Origin: Octopus sinensis
Taxonomy: Eukaryota
Direction: 5' to 3'
Assembly (NCBI RefSeq): GCF_006345805.1
Contig: NW_021831843.1
Coordinates: 1 to 64,000, forward strand
Length of the DNA: 64,000 bases
Under the pieces are notes generated by a model, which saw nothing but the letters and a program-made list of their open reading frames with translations, made no database searches and was not told the DNA's origin. The translations under genes and the position numbers were made by a program. Shown in pieces: positions 40,232-54,817 of the stretch. The number at the start of each line of letters is the position of its first letter. The first letter of the stretch is position 1.

Positions 40232-40277
40232 AAGAAGAAGAAGAAGAAGAAGAAGAAGAAGAAGAAGAAGAAGAAGA
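40096..40277. repeat. (TAA)n switching to (GAA)n
   Basis: Directly visible; transition near 40193-40203. Confidence 0.95.
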
Positions 40278-40821
40278 ATTTCGGTATTTTCCAGAAAGAT
40301 ATATTAGTTCCTAAAGTTTGAAAACGAAACGAGTTATAATTTATCTTTGAGTTCTTATGAAATTTTCAAAAATATCTGGTTGTATAAGATTAGCGAGAAA
40401 AATAATAATTTATAGGATATATACACGAAGTGTAAAAAGAAATTTGCTGATAGTTTATAAAAACACTTGGAATCAAATGAAGTGTTTGAAACACTAACTG
40501 ACTTCAAGACTGTTAGGAAAATAGTCTTGCTATTGTAAGTCTTGATTAACCAACCACCCTCCCTTTCTTAAAAAGTTGACTCACAAGATATTCACGTAGA
40601 TATTACACACACACATACACAATCACATACACACACATACGCTCGCGCACATGACAAACACACACATTCACGCACATTGACGAGGGGAAATAGGGAAAGA
40701 GAGAAAGTCAGTGAAAGCGAGGGAGAGGAAGTGAGCTTGTGTTAGAGGGAAAATGTAATTCGTAGTGACACCTGTGGGATTCGAATTACGCGCCTCCCAT
40801 AAACAATATTGCTTTGGTAGC

Positions 40822-41034
40822 AAGGCAGTCAGCTGGCAGAAACGTTAGCTCGCCGGGCGAAATGCTTAGATGTATTTCGTATGTCTTTACGTTCTGAGTT
40901 CAAATACCGCCGAGGTCGACTTTGCCTTTCATTCTTTCGGGCACGATAACTTAAATACCAGTTGGTACTGGGGTCGATCTAATCGACTGGCGCCCTCCCC
41001 CAAAATTTCGGGCCTTGTGCATACAGTAGAAAAG
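40822..41034 (+). mobile_element. SINE family A, full length, with 17-bp TSD
   Basis: TSD AATATTGCTTTGGTAGC at 40805-40821 and 41035-41051; head, B-box GAGTTCAAATACC, core and tail all present. Confidence 0.92.
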
Positions 41035-41382
41035 AATATTGCTTTGGTAGCCTCTTCAGGAAGGTGACATGGAAAACTTTACTCATTCAGATTACAATGT
41101 TTACGCTATATAGCTATGTAGATGCGAGCAGACATAGATATTCTCTGGGCTCTCCTGCCTGTGGCCCAATCCTAAATATGACAGCTAAAGAACGAAAGGG
41201 TTGCAACGGTGGTAGGCTGTCACTTATTTTCAGCTGAATAAAATAGGATAATACGACTGATGAAGGAAACGTGTCCAAATTTTATAACCTTCAGCCCAGC
41301 ATTTTGTCCAATTTGCCATGTACTATCACACACACACAAACACACACACACACACACCACAAACACATACACACAAACACAT

Positions 41383-41414
<32 letters not shown>

Positions 41415-41647
41415 GAGTGAGTGGACAAACGAAAGGAAAGGTATTCAATACATTTAGTAGGTGTTAAATGTATTATTTAATGCTGTTTTATTCGGTTCCA
41501 TGCGACATAATATTTTGCAGACATCTAACGAATGCCTGTCCCTTTCAGGTTTTACTTTACCGGCAATCTTAAGACAGAATGACACAGCTTTCTGTTAGGG
41601 ACCTGCGAAATCCTAAGTCACATGGAGCGGAATTAAGCTGTCTTAAA

Positions 41648-41685
<38 letters not shown>

Positions 41686-43464
41686 GGGGACAAGCGAAAG
41701 AAACTGGCGCTTAACGCATCTGGTAGGAATTACGCATATTTCTTTTCAATAGAAGTTTGACTCAACTTCATACGCGATTTCTGATGTGCTTTGTTCGTGT
41801 ACTACACGTCCACGAAACTTTGAGTCATGTAGCGCTGAGTCAAACTGCCGCTAAAAACACTAGCATATGTATAGGGGTGTGCTGTCTATCTGTGAGTATG
41901 TATAAATTCATACCTATATAAGTGTAAATGTATGTGTGGGTGTACATGTGTCTTGGCGTCTTAAAGAAAAATTAAATTAAACTTTAAATCAGTTTTCACG
42001 TCATCAGATTTAAATATTTCTAATCTTTCAAATCTTTTTTCCTGTTTCTTTCTTTTTCTTTTTCTTTTTTTATTTGTCAGAATATAAGAACACTAATACT
42101 CACAGTCAAATATGAAAACTGCAACAAATTTTTTTCAACCTATAAATTAGTCTCGTAATATCTTTTATCATAGTAAAAAAAAAAGCACAACCATACATTC
42201 ACACACACATACACTTATGTATACTGACACAGGAGGAAAAAAAAATCAATGTACCGATCTGCCCATAAATGTGCATGACGATAATTAAAAAAAAAAATGT
42301 TATATTTGCTCTTGTGATATTTGTCACTATCATGATCTAAAAACGTTATGTGGTTATATAGTTTACATTTTGTGGTGTTCGAATGAAATAAAGATGCAAA
42401 CACACATCAATGTGCCTTTGTTCTTTTCTGATTTAATAATATAATGAAAGAAAACAAAATAAAATTTAAGAATAAATATAAAGAAAGAGATGTTATTAAA
42501 GACACTTGACGCAATATCGGAAAGATAAGTTTTAATTTTCAGTGAAATATATAACTTTGAGGTTAAAGCATTTAGTTTCTTACTTAATATCTAGTTATAA
42601 AGTTTTATATCACTAGTTCAGCTTTCCAAATTTGCATAAGCACAATATACATGCGCAAACAGACGCAAATATTTATATACCTTTATACACACATATATCG
42701 TGGACTGCTCTATTCACACATATAGAGACAGAGAGATATTTATTTGAATATATTATGTATATAGTCCATAATATACATATAATGCATATACAAGTATACA
42801 TGTACACACACACACACGCACATACATATATATATATATATATACATATGTGTGTGAGTGTGTGTGTCTCTGTGTTTCTGAATACGAATGTGCATTTGTA
42901 TATATATATATATTTCTAATACATGTATATGCAAAACTGGTTTTCAATGTATGTTATATAATACATACAATATCTGGCTACATTTATATTCATACAAGTG
43001 TATACACTTTTTATACACATATACCCACGAATAACGCTATTCTTGTGATAGGATACCTGAAAACATGTGAAGTACTTAAACGAAATCCCCGTTACTCCTA
43101 CGTATGGTAGACCATAAAAAACTTTTTGCAGCCAAATATCTTTAGGATTTTATTGATCCTGTGAAAAACAAAGAAGATTGTGGGATAGTGTCTTAAGAAA
43201 CAACCAAACACACATTTTTATTACAGAGATTACTCAATAGATTCGACTCAAATAGGTTTGAACTCGAAAGATTTGCCGTTAAACATTTTGTTCGTCACTA
43301 AACCGACTGTGCCGATGCTATATTGAATGTTTTTTTTTTTTTCTGCAAGCTCTAAATATTGAAATTATTTTTGCATCTAAAGAAAATTCTCTGAGAAATA
43401 TTCCCTAACATATAGTCTCAAAACAAAAGTCCATCCCATCTAGAATGGCACACACACACATAGT

Positions 43465-43635
43465 GCTTTCTAGTTTTGACACGAGTTAAGCAGTTTTGAG
43501 AGAAGGGACAAGTCTGTTAGATCGGTCATAGTATTTGACTATTTGATGGTACTTTATTTTATCAAATCGGAATGTAAAGACCCAGAAGCAATGCCACTAA
43601 ACATTTTGTCCAACACACTAACGATTCTGCCAGCT
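43465..43635 (-). mobile_element. SINE family A, degenerate with internal deletion
   Basis: TGGTACTTTATTTTATC core remnant, CTAACGATTCTGCCAGCT head. Confidence 0.6.
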
Positions 43636-44209
43636 AATGAACTCATATGTAATGCACAATAATACAATCCCAAGATAAGCTACGAACGTTTGTAATTTAC
43701 TTTACAACTTGATCACAAAAATCAACCCTGTTGGAGGAAACGAAATTCCGTAAATACCCTAACAACTTCTTAAGAGTTATGTTAATTCCATTTTGACCAG
43801 AATTCATCAGCTGATTAGCAGATATTATATTGTGAAGTATAATATGCCTTGCAGGTACTTTTTCAAGCACTTTACTTTGAGATCAAATGGCGTTGAAGTC
43901 AACGTCGACATTGTTTCTTTCGTTGTCAATAGAATAAAATTCTTGCTTTTAATTCAAACAGTAGGCGACTTCCCGTGAAAACGCTTGCCTTGATTCTATG
44001 AACGAAATCATCATTATGGCAATAATTCAGATTGGCAGACATGTTTGAACTTTAAGACAAACAGTACTAATGTATCCTATACATTTAGAATTCATATCTC
44101 GTCGAAGTCAAAATTTGAAAAAGAATAAAGTATAGGTTAAATACTTATACTCATCAATCCCTAAACATAACGGTTTAGGGATTGTTTATAGTCCAATAAC
44201 TTGTAGAGG

Positions 44210-44372
44210 CGACAGTCTATGTCCCCATGGTGCATAAATGACTGAAATGACAAAATTGCCCCTTGAACAGGACGCTAGTACGCGGTGGGGTTACTCGGTT
44301 AGCATTGCTCAAATCCGTTCATTTGAGTGGACCAGAGCAACGTGAAATAAAGTCTTTTGCTCATGAACCAAT
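44210..44372 (-). mobile_element. SINE family C fragment
   Basis: GAGCAACGTGAAATAAAGTCTTTTGCTCATGAAC matches GAAACGTGAAATAAAGCGTTTTGCGCAAGAAC at ~63411-63442. Confidence 0.55.
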
Positions 44373-45394
44373 AGGTAATACAGCTTCACAGTTAAGTAAT
44401 GGAAGCGATTTATATACTCTTATAATACCTTCTAAATGCTTCAATCGTTTTATCATACTTGAAGGGAAAAATCCTCATGCTTTTGTTCATAGTAAAAATT
44501 GCTTGGATTTCATAGTATTGAATAATGTTTAGTTGAGTTGACCTTATATATTATTAAGATAATCCTCCTTACGCACGCACACATATATAGAAACCTGCAC
44601 AAACATACACTTACACAGGCATATGTAGCAGTGTAGATACAGATAAATCGATAGGGAGCAAAGTAGGGAAGGTCTGTAAGTAACAGATTCCGTTTATGTA
44701 TACATGAATGTATATTGTATATATGCATTGTGTGAGGGCATACGCAAATGTATGATTGAGTGCAAATGAAGAATATCCTTCATTAACTTAATTACAATAC
44801 ATCTTATTAATTAGAAAGCAATGCTGGATTCTAATTACAATATGGCTCCCTTCACTTCCTATTTATACTTACATATATATATATACATATATATATACAT
44901 ACATATATATATATATATATAATATATATATATATATTATATATATATATATATATAACATATATACATATATATATATATGTACATATATAATATATAT
45001 ATATATACATATACATAGATGCATACATACATGCATTAATAAGTGTATATATATATATATATAATATATATATATATACGTGTGTGTGTGTACTTATATA
45101 AAAGGAATCATTGGCAAATGCTTGACAATTATTTGTAAAACGAGCCACACAATGCGAGTGTATGTGCCTGTGCGTGTGAGTGCGTGCGAGAGTTTACAAC
45201 CTATTATTCTGTCTATACTTTCACTTGTTTCAGTCATTGGACTGTGGCCTTTCTAATGCGTCACCTTGAAGTGCTTATTGAACCATGACGACCTTATACT
45301 TATTTTTAAGCCTTCCACTTGCTGTATGGATCTCTTTTCAAAGAAATACTGAGCAAGGAGAAAAGGGGAAGCAAAGAAACAACGGTAGTCATAA

Positions 45395-45443
<49 letters not shown>

Positions 45444-45528
45444 AACAGACACACATACAAATATATATATATGTATGTATGTCTCTCTCCCTCTCTCTCT
45501 CTCTCTCTCTGTATATATATATATATAT

Positions 45529-45626
<98 letters not shown>

Positions 45627-46207
45627 AGTGAGTGAGAGATATAGACAGAGAGAGACAGAGACAGACATAGATGTAAGCACTGAGTCAGTTATATCGATTG
45701 ATAACCTTCCCTGAAGACGTACGCATTTCAGTAACAGTGAAGGTGTGGACGTATGGGTACATAAGGTATGTGTTTGGTTGCTTATATGCGCATTTGTGTA
45801 TGTGTCTGGGTGTGTACACCTACGTTCGCTATTAAAGTGCATACAACAAGCTAGGCACGCACGCTATTGTAGAAATGTGAAAGTGGCAATAAGAGGCAAT
45901 GCTAAAATAATAGAGTAGGACGAAGAGACAGGAGTAAGAGACAAAAGTTAACCTCTTCTTCCTCTCCCAAATGAGACATGCACTGTTCTACCCACTCTCG
46001 CAGTCTCACTTTTTCTGTTTCTTCCTCTTCGTTTGGTTCCAATGATGTGAAATGCTAGTTTAGTATATTGAAACCCCTTCGAGAATGAGTTGGAGAGAAA
46101 ACAATGGAAAGGAAAGAACGATATGACACGACACAGCGGTAAAGAGAGAGAGAGAGAGATAGGAAGAGATATAGTAAAGAAAAGACAGAGAGGGGTTTAA
46201 GAAGGAA

Positions 46208-46257
<50 letters not shown>

Positions 46258-48518
46258 AGAAGAAATAAATACAGGCTAGCAGAGAGAAAGGGAGACAGGG
46301 AAGAGAGAAAGAGAGGAAAGCGATGGGAAAGAGGATTAGGGCTAAGAAACGAAAGAGTGAGAGAAAGAGAGAGAGAGAAAGAGAAAAAAGGAAGAATGGA
46401 AGAAAGAAAGAAAGACAGAAAGAATGAAAGAAAGAAAGAACTGGGAATGAATATAGAGAGAAGGAGACAAAGATAGGGAAATGACATACAGACAAACGGA
46501 CAAACAGACAGACAGAAAAATAAATAGACAAACGAGACAGAAAGAGACAGAAATAATTGAACTTCTGGTGACGAGAGACACAGAAATAGCATGTGTGATG
46601 GTGATGGTTGCCAAGCTCGGTTACCCACCGGAGCACCTTACGAAGCATTGTCTCTGAGCGAGTTAATTGCGTTTTGACATATTAGGTTGCTAGCAGTGAT
46701 TGAACTTCCGAACCCTTAGCTCACCGAGGAATCAAAACCAATTTCACAAATTGCTAATCAGACTCTTGATGAAGATTATGTGGACTTATTTTCTATCACT
46801 TTAGGTTTAGCAAAGCAAAGTTTGTAGAATATTGGCGCAGTAGTGTACAGAATTGCGATTGGAATATGACGATGCCAGTAAGATCTATACATACTTGCAA
46901 GCACATATATGTAACTTGATATATATATATGTATATACTAAATCAAGCTAGCAAATTGAAACTTCGAAGTCACTATGAACCCATACTTGTAAACGTTTAA
47001 TAAACATACATCCTAACGAAAATACACAGCAGGCCCTCTGTTTAATACTAAGCTGGTTTTATACATAACGCGACCAACATAATATATAAATATATGTAAG
47101 TTCAGCAAAATTTAGATTCAAATGAATATGGTACTTAAGTAAGAGGCATCAGAATTTTGTATGGAATTATCCATATAAATCCATGGGGTGGTTATAATCA
47201 AAATAAGCAACAAGAATATCTTCGGTAATTTGGTACGATCCTTTCATGCTAGTTCATTTTATTAAACATTGAAAGTATTAAATCAGTTTTAAAATGTTGA
47301 GCAATCTTCACCCATTTATAGAAGTCTTCCATCAAAGGGACAATACATATATATAAATATATATATACACATATACATACATCAAGAGTGCGTACACACA
47401 CACACACTCACACACACATACATACGAATATTTCTTTCTGACTTTGAATCTTAAGATGATAGTCTCTGAATTTCATTCCTACATGAGCCACAACAAAACT
47501 AAAATGCTAGTCAAGTCAGGGGGAATGATCATTATGCAAATATTCACATCCGCCATATTTATGACGTTATCCCAATGTAAAAACGTATGCGCTACCGACT
47601 TTAGCCTTAAGGTGCAAGGAAAACGCAAAAGCTATGCCTCATTATGTTTTGCGGTCAAATCCAGCAATGGCCGACTTTTCAATAATACTTTATATTGGAA
47701 AAGTGATAACCAAACGTCTTTCAGATATTTACGACTATCACAGCATTGATTGTCTGTAGTGTATTAGTGGATCCCTACACAAAACATCAATCTATCTGTC
47801 TGGCAATTAATGCTTCCATATATTTTTTCTTACCATCTGCTCCAAGTACACAAACATGCCCAAATAAAAGAATATATCTATGTACACAGATATGTAATCC
47901 TCTGTATATATACATGTATACATATAGATATATATGCATATATGAATGTAGATATGTGTGTCAGTGTTTATATGTGTGTGCGCGCGCGTGTGTGTGTATG
48001 TATGTATATATAGATGGATAAATAGAAAGAGAAATACAAATATACATACACATAAATCTATTTATCTATCTATCCCTTCTGTCTGTATGTATGTGTGTAT
48101 GTATGTGTGCGCTCGTGTGTGTGTGTGTTGCATGTACATCGTATTTAACACACACTCACAAATGTAGAGATAACTTCGTGAGCATAAATTGTCTTGAATA
48201 TATGACATATCATTATACATTCTCTGAATACAAATGCATGTAAATACACACACACACACACACACACACACATGATTGTGTATATGTGAGTGTGTGTGCT
48301 TAGGTCACAGATGCACCTAAGTCGTAGACAAGCACAGCGACTATGCCAAAGGTTTTGTACGTTTCTATATATTAACACGAATAGGAAATACAATTTATTA
48401 TACTTTTAGGCTTAATTGAAAAACTAACACACTATAAAATATTTTACTCCCCTCCTACGTACAACAGACAACAACAACAAAAAAATAGATTTTGAAATAG
48501 TTATTGCAGAGAGAGAGA

Positions 48519-48605
48519 GAGAGAGAAATCACGAGCGAAGGTTAGAGAGAGAAATCACGAGCGAAGGTTAGAGAGAGAAATCACGAGCGAAGGTTAGAGA
48601 GAGAA
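48519..48605. repeat. 26-bp minisatellite, three perfect units plus a partial
   Basis: GAGAGAGAAATCACGAGCGAAGGTTA at 48519, 48545 and 48571. Confidence 0.95.
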
Positions 48606-49332
48606 GGAAAAAATAAATTCTCTCTTTATTTCCACATAAACATACAAATCTACTCCCTCATATTGCATATTCAATATTCACACCCTATAAACTTCAACAG
48701 AACAATAACTACTATTAACTTCTCATGAAAATATATCAAGTATTCTGATTATTATTTTATGCAACAGGGAAAAAAAAAAAAAAAAACATAAATCGGAACA
48801 ACTATAAAATATATGAATAAAAAAAGGAGAAAACAAAAACATATGAATAGATATAAAGGATTGCAATATTTGTTGCATGTGTTGCTGCTGTTGATGATGC
48901 TGTTGTTTGCAATGTTTGTTGTTGTTGTTGTCGGCGTTGGTGTTTTGTCGTAGCTATAGATGAGGAAACGTTCGTATTTTGTAGCAAGCGTTGGTGGAAG
49001 TGCGCATGGCTAGTCACAGGAAGTAGTAAAACTTCATATATAAGGGATTTTTTTATTAGTATTCTTTCACGTCATATACATATACAACAGACAATGACAC
49101 ACACACAAATGCATACACACATTTATACGCATATATATACATATACGAAGTTTATAAGTCTCCGTGGTGAACACATTATATATACATATACACATACATA
49201 TATATTAATATATATGAAATTATAAGTCTGAGAGGTAAATGCGTATGTAAATACATATATGGATACATACATATGTGCATATATATATGTATATATGTAT
49301 GTGTATATGTATATATATAATATATATATTAT

Positions 49333-49389
<57 letters not shown>

Positions 49390-49470
49390 TATATAATATA
49401 TATATATTTAGCCCTAAATATACATATATATATAGACATACATATATATATGTGTGTATATATGTGCGGG

Positions 49471-49502
<32 letters not shown>

Positions 49503-49910
49503 ATATCTATGTATATGTATATACACATATATATGCATGCTTACACATACACACAGAAGCACACACACACACACACATATACACAAATATATAGCAATTT
49601 TATGTAGACGCAGTTACATATTTATTTTCGATATAAACGCCATTTACAAGATGGCTATCTGTATTCCTAATCATCAGTTATATCAAATATATAGAAATTT
49701 AACATTGCCTCTGTATTGAGTACCTTTATTGACAAAACTAATACATATTCTTACTAAATGAAATTTATTACGCAGACTCAGAGAGACAGAGAGGCAGGGT
49801 GGGGAAATAAATAGAGATACAGACGCTTGATTGCGTGGTTACATGCCTATGTGTTTCAATGCAACTCTCTCTCTCCTCTCTCCATCCCTCTCTTCACCTT
49901 TCTTGCTGTG

Positions 49911-50044
<134 letters not shown>

Positions 50045-50070
50045 TAGATATAGATATATACACACAGAGA

Positions 50071-50265
50071 GTCGCCATGCTTGATCGCTAAATCTGTAAG
50101 AATTTTATTCTTTCTCTGTTTATTTTCTCTTATTCCTTTCTGTTGAAGAGCGCAGGCTCGAAATATAAAAGACTTTCTCACTTTCTCGTGTGTAACAGTA
50201 ATACACCTGCTTGTTGTTCATACTCCTATCTTCGTGTTTTGTGTTTTTCTGTAAATTTCAGCTTT
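50071..50265 (+). mobile_element. Penelope-like element terminal fragment with hammerhead-like motif, second copy
   Basis: CTTTCTGTTGAAGAGCGCAGGCTCGAAATATAAAAGAC; homologous to 29091-29276; next to (AGAT)n and (TA)n. Confidence 0.6.
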
Positions 50266-50307
50266 ATATATATGTGTGTGTATATATGTATGTGTGTGTG
50301 TGTGTTA

Positions 50308-50685
50308 GCGAAGGTGTAGTTCTATGGTAAGAAGTTCATTTGCAAAGCATATGTTTCAGGGTTCGGTCGCGCTGTGTACCACTTTGGGCAAATGTCTTCT
50401 ACTCTAGGCTTGGGCCGATCTGTCACTGGATTTTGTAGACAGACACTGAAAGAAACAAGTTGTGTATATATGTGTGTGTGTCTGTAATTGTCCCTTGCTA
50501 CAGCTTGACAACCAGTATTGGTGTGTTTACATCCCCGAAAGCTAGCAGTTCGTCAGAATCGGATAAAATAAGTACCGAACTATAAAGACAAACAAGTACT
50601 ACGGTCGATTCGTTCGATTTAATTCCATTCAGATCTATGCCCCAGCGTGGCCTCTGTGCAATAAATAAAGCAAGTTAAAGATATA
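50308..50685 (+). mobile_element. SINE family B, degenerate
   Basis: TGGTAAGAAGTT head, CACTTTGGGCAAATGTCTTCTACT CORE-like segment, GGTGTGTTTACATCCCCG body. Confidence 0.75.
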
Positions 50686-51398
50686 AGAAGATTCCAAACT
50701 AGCCTGCGCCTGCTTAACTGAATGTTACAGGAGACCGATTTATTATTTTAAAATATGCTACATTTAATAGTTAGGTGTCATAGAAAAGCTCTCCATTGCT
50801 GACAATTTGGATTGCCAATAATCGTTTAAATAATGGTGCATAGTTTGAAACCATAATTTCCATATGATAACGGTGTTTTGGTGATATTTTTTCCGTATTT
50901 CTTATATTTTATTTATAAATCTATTATTTATTTATTCATTTATTTATTATCTGCAGTTATTTCATATATAGCTACTGGGCCAAGACGTGGACTCTGTTAG
51001 GAGGAATAAGCTGCGAGAAAGAGAAGTTAGATATTCAAGTCAAAGCTTTTTTCCTTGGAAGTGGCGAATCGCATCCGATGACTTATTCTGGAACACCTTC
51101 GATCACAACAATTCTGCTTGCCAATGATGACCTGGATTTAGAAAATGAATTATGTACCTATGAGTTCTACTAATCACCTAAGGACGGGGAACCAAGCCCA
51201 TCCAGTAGGTAAGTATATTTAATAATATTGATGATGATGATGATGATGATGATGATAAGAGGTGATGATGATATATTCCAAATTTTGTATACTGCCTTAC
51301 GTGGATGTAGTACTATAAAGCCAAATACTACAGGATGTGCCTTTACAGACCCTCTCATATAGACGTACGGTGGTACTAAGAGAACACACATATATATC

Positions 51399-51684
51399 GA
51401 TTTCAAATTTTTGTCACAGGGGCAGCTTGCGGGAGGGCATTAAGTCAATTACATCGACCCCAGTGCCTGACTGGTATTTATTTAATCGACCCCGAAAGGA
51501 TGAAGGCAAAATAATCATACATACATATATCTATTTTTTTATTGTCCACAAGGGGTAAACACAGGGGGGACAAGCAAGGACAGACAAAGGGATTTAAGTC
51601 GATTACATCGACCCCAGTGCGTAACTGGTACTTATTTAATCGATCCCGAAAGGATGAAAGGCAAAGTCGACCACAGTGGAATTT
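51399..51684 (-). mobile_element. Two adjacent 5'-truncated SINE family A copies with different tails
   Basis: 51399-51510 has a TCACAGGGGCAGC-type tail; 51531-51684 has a CCACAAGGGGTAAACACAG...GGACAGACAAA tail; both share the core. Confidence 0.85.
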
Positions 51685-52487
51685 TCTAAATGCATATACC
51701 GTTAGCAGAAGAGAACCATGAAGAACTGATTCACGTGATTTCCGTGTACATCGCTTCTTGTTGCAAGTATCTGCGCATTGCACAATAGCGAAATCTAACT
51801 GTCAACTATTTTAACAATAATAATTACTTTCCAGGCACAGTTATTTTTGAGAGGATCTACATAAAATTTAAACAAAATGAACACACACACATACATAGAT
51901 AAACGCTCACACACACACACATGTACATATATTATGTCTTTTTTCATATTATATATGATATATACATGCATTTATATACATTTGTGTATGTTTGCACAGA
52001 GGCTGAGCTTGAGAAAAAGAGAAGGAAAAACGGAAAAAATGAGAGTAAAAAAGGAAAGTAGGCGGAAGAATAGAAAAAACAATTAGAGCCACAAAACAGA
52101 GAAATAAAGGGAAAGGGCAGATAGTGCATGTGTGCAAAAATGCTTGTTCTGTAAACCTTGAAGTGTGTCCCATGCACACTTTTAATATGAGGTAAAGAGT
52201 TCACAGTTTGTTAGGAAGCAAATATATTATCAACTCTTCCCACACACGGTGCGTTATCGGTGTCCACGTGAATACATTTATGAAAGCACGTTGGGTGTGA
52301 TATATATTTGCTACATGAAAAAACACTCTGACGCACGCGTGTGCATGAATGTGTGTAAGTATCGTCAGCTTTGCAATGAAGTTCCTTTGGTACTTTTAAT
52401 AAATACGCGATTAATCTTTCTCTGTGAATAAACACAGGTACTATTTGCACGGTGATGTGTACACACACACACACAAACAAACACACA

Positions 52488-52841
52488 TTCTTTTATTCTT
52501 CTATTTGTTTCAGTGATTTGACTGCGACCATGCTGGAGTACCGCCTTTAGTCGAACAGATCGACACCAGGACTTATTCTTTGGAAGCCTAGTACATATTC
52601 TATCGTTCACTTTTTCCCGAACCGCTAAGTTATGGAGACGTAAACACACCAACATCGGTTGTCAAGTGAGGTACAAACACAGACACACAAACATATATAC
52701 ATGCAACGGGCTTCTTTCTGTTTCCGTCTATCAAATCCAATCACTTGGCTTTGGTGAACCCGAGGCTATAGTTGCCGAAAGTGCCACGCAGTGAGATTGA
52801 ACCCGGGACCATGTGATCGGTAAGCAAGCTACTTACCACAC

Positions 52842-52842
<1 letters not shown>
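52488..52842 (-). mobile_element. SINE family B
   Basis: Reverse-complement homologue of 53865-54206 (TGACTGCGACCATGCTGGAGTACCGCC ... GTGCCACGCAGTGAGATTGAACCCGGGACCATGTG). Confidence 0.9.
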
Positions 52843-52901
<59 letters not shown>

Positions 52902-52908
52902 ATGTATG

Positions 52909-52943
<35 letters not shown>

Positions 52944-53142
52944 ATATATATATATATATATAATATATATATATATAGTATATATATATATATATATATA
53001 CACATACACACGCGCACACACATATATTTATATTAAGAAAAAGTAGTCAGGATTTGAATAAAAAGTACTTATATAGCGCATTCGCCCCTTTCAGGGATAA
53101 TATGTGTGTGTGTGTGTGAGTATATGTGTGTGTGAGAGAGAG

Positions 53143-53174
<32 letters not shown>

Positions 53175-53864
53175 TGTATGTATGTATGTGTATGTATGTA
53201 TGTATAGTTTCCTAGGTTGTCAAGCAGGTAGGCATGCCTAATATTTATATCTGTACTGATTAGCTTGAAAATGTAATAAACATGGATCATGCAATCTTCT
53301 TGTCAGTTAATTGTTCAGTTTGACGTGGGCTTACGAAATCTGCATATTTTACCTGGTCTAGACACTTACGTGATGGCTATATTTGTTACATTGACAGATG
53401 ACTGATGGTACTCCCCACCATGCTACACAACGAAGCGTGTCACCAAGCGACCACTGATCTATGACAACAAACAGTCAAAGCTCCGTCACGTAACTGCCAA
53501 TCCTCGTATCATTTTGTATTCTCGACGTCCCGAAGTAAAAGCAAGATGAATGCGGTTGAAACAGTAATAATCATGCCTCTGTTTCACTTGGTTTGATCTT
53601 GATCTAAATAACAGCAACAACTGAGAAATATCGCACGTACACGCATATACTTAACAGGTCGCGAATTGCAACGAAGTTTTGACAAACCTAACCGATTGAT
53701 TGATTGATCGAACGATTAATCAAGTAATTGATTACTTAGTTAGTTAAATTGGTAACTAATTGATTAATAGTATTAAAAGAAGAGAAAAGAAAGCAGTAGG
53801 GGGTGTTTATTATTGGCATAATGACCCTCCCAAGATACAAAAAAACACCTATTTTAACACATAC

Positions 53865-54206
53865 GTGCAGGAGTGGCTGTGTGGTAAGTAGGTTGCTTAC
53901 CAACCACATGGCTCCGGGTTCAGTCACACTGCGTGGCACCTTGGTCAAGTGTCGTCTACTATAGCCTCGGGGCGAACAACGCCTTGTGAGTGGATTTGGT
54001 AGAAGGAAACTGAAAGAAGCCCGTTGTAACTATATATATGCATCGGTGTGTTTACGTCCCCGTCATTAGCGGTTCGGCGAAAGAGATCGATATAATAAGA
54101 ACTAGGCTTACAAAGAATAAGTCCTGGGGTCGGTTTGCTCGACTAAAGGCGGTGCTCCAGCATGGCCGCAGTCAAATGACTGAAGCAATAAAAGAGTAAA
54201 AGAGTA
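53865..54206 (+). mobile_element. SINE family B (CORE-like), near full length
   Basis: GGAGTGGCTGTGTGGTAAG A-box region, GGGTTCAGTC B-box, GGCACCTTGGTCAAGTGTC CORE-like motif, (AAAAGAGT)2 tail. Confidence 0.9.
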
Positions 54207-54612
54207 TATATAAATTCTCATCAAGAATCATGTAAATTAAATACGAGAAGGAAATATGTGCACATAGTCAATCAGCAAAAATACATTAAGAAAATGAATT
54301 GTAATGCTAAGTTTCATTATATCTGTTTTCCGCATAATGATAGATAAACCAGCAATTACGGATAACCAAGCAATTACAATCAGCAGAAAATTTATAGAAA
54401 TCGTCGTAGTCTACTACATGGAGCGAGTGGAAATATGTCAATCGCCTCCATATTGGATTTGGACAAACCAGAGATACGAAATTGAAATAGGCACCTAATG
54501 TGGGGTACATTTTGTTTCACAGTGGTACAGACCATATTATGAAGTATCTACTGTTTTCCTATTATAGAAAAAAACCCTGTTGTGTGAATGATTCTTCTAA
54601 TAATAGTATATG

Positions 54613-54767
54613 TTAATTAGTTAGTTAATTTTTGGGCTCAAAAAACAAAAAGCAAGGCCATGTAGGGGAACATGGAGTTATGTATAGGGTGGTGCTCATA
54701 TAAAGAGTTCAGGCCACTTGAGGTCAAGGGAGACTTTGAACAAAGCGGTCGTCGGCATCTTCACCAT
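54613..54767 (-). mobile_element. CR1-clade LINE 3' fragment with (TAAC)n tail
   Basis: Minus strand 54767-54696 encodes MVKMPTTALFKVSLDLKWPELFI*, like the CR1 ORF2 C-terminal V..AP....FK..LD.W pattern, then a short 3' UTR and TAACTAACTAA. Confidence 0.65.
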
Positions 54768-54817
54768 ATATATATTAGTAAGGTTAGCAAAAAAGTTGAA
54801 TGGTTCGATATAGAGAA

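Noticed and set aside
48519-48605. CRISPR-like array
   Set aside because: Head-to-tail repeats without spacers, eukaryotic context and no cas genes
53865-53940. tRNA genes at A/B-box-containing heads
   Set aside because: No complete cloverleaf; each head continues into a SINE core and tail
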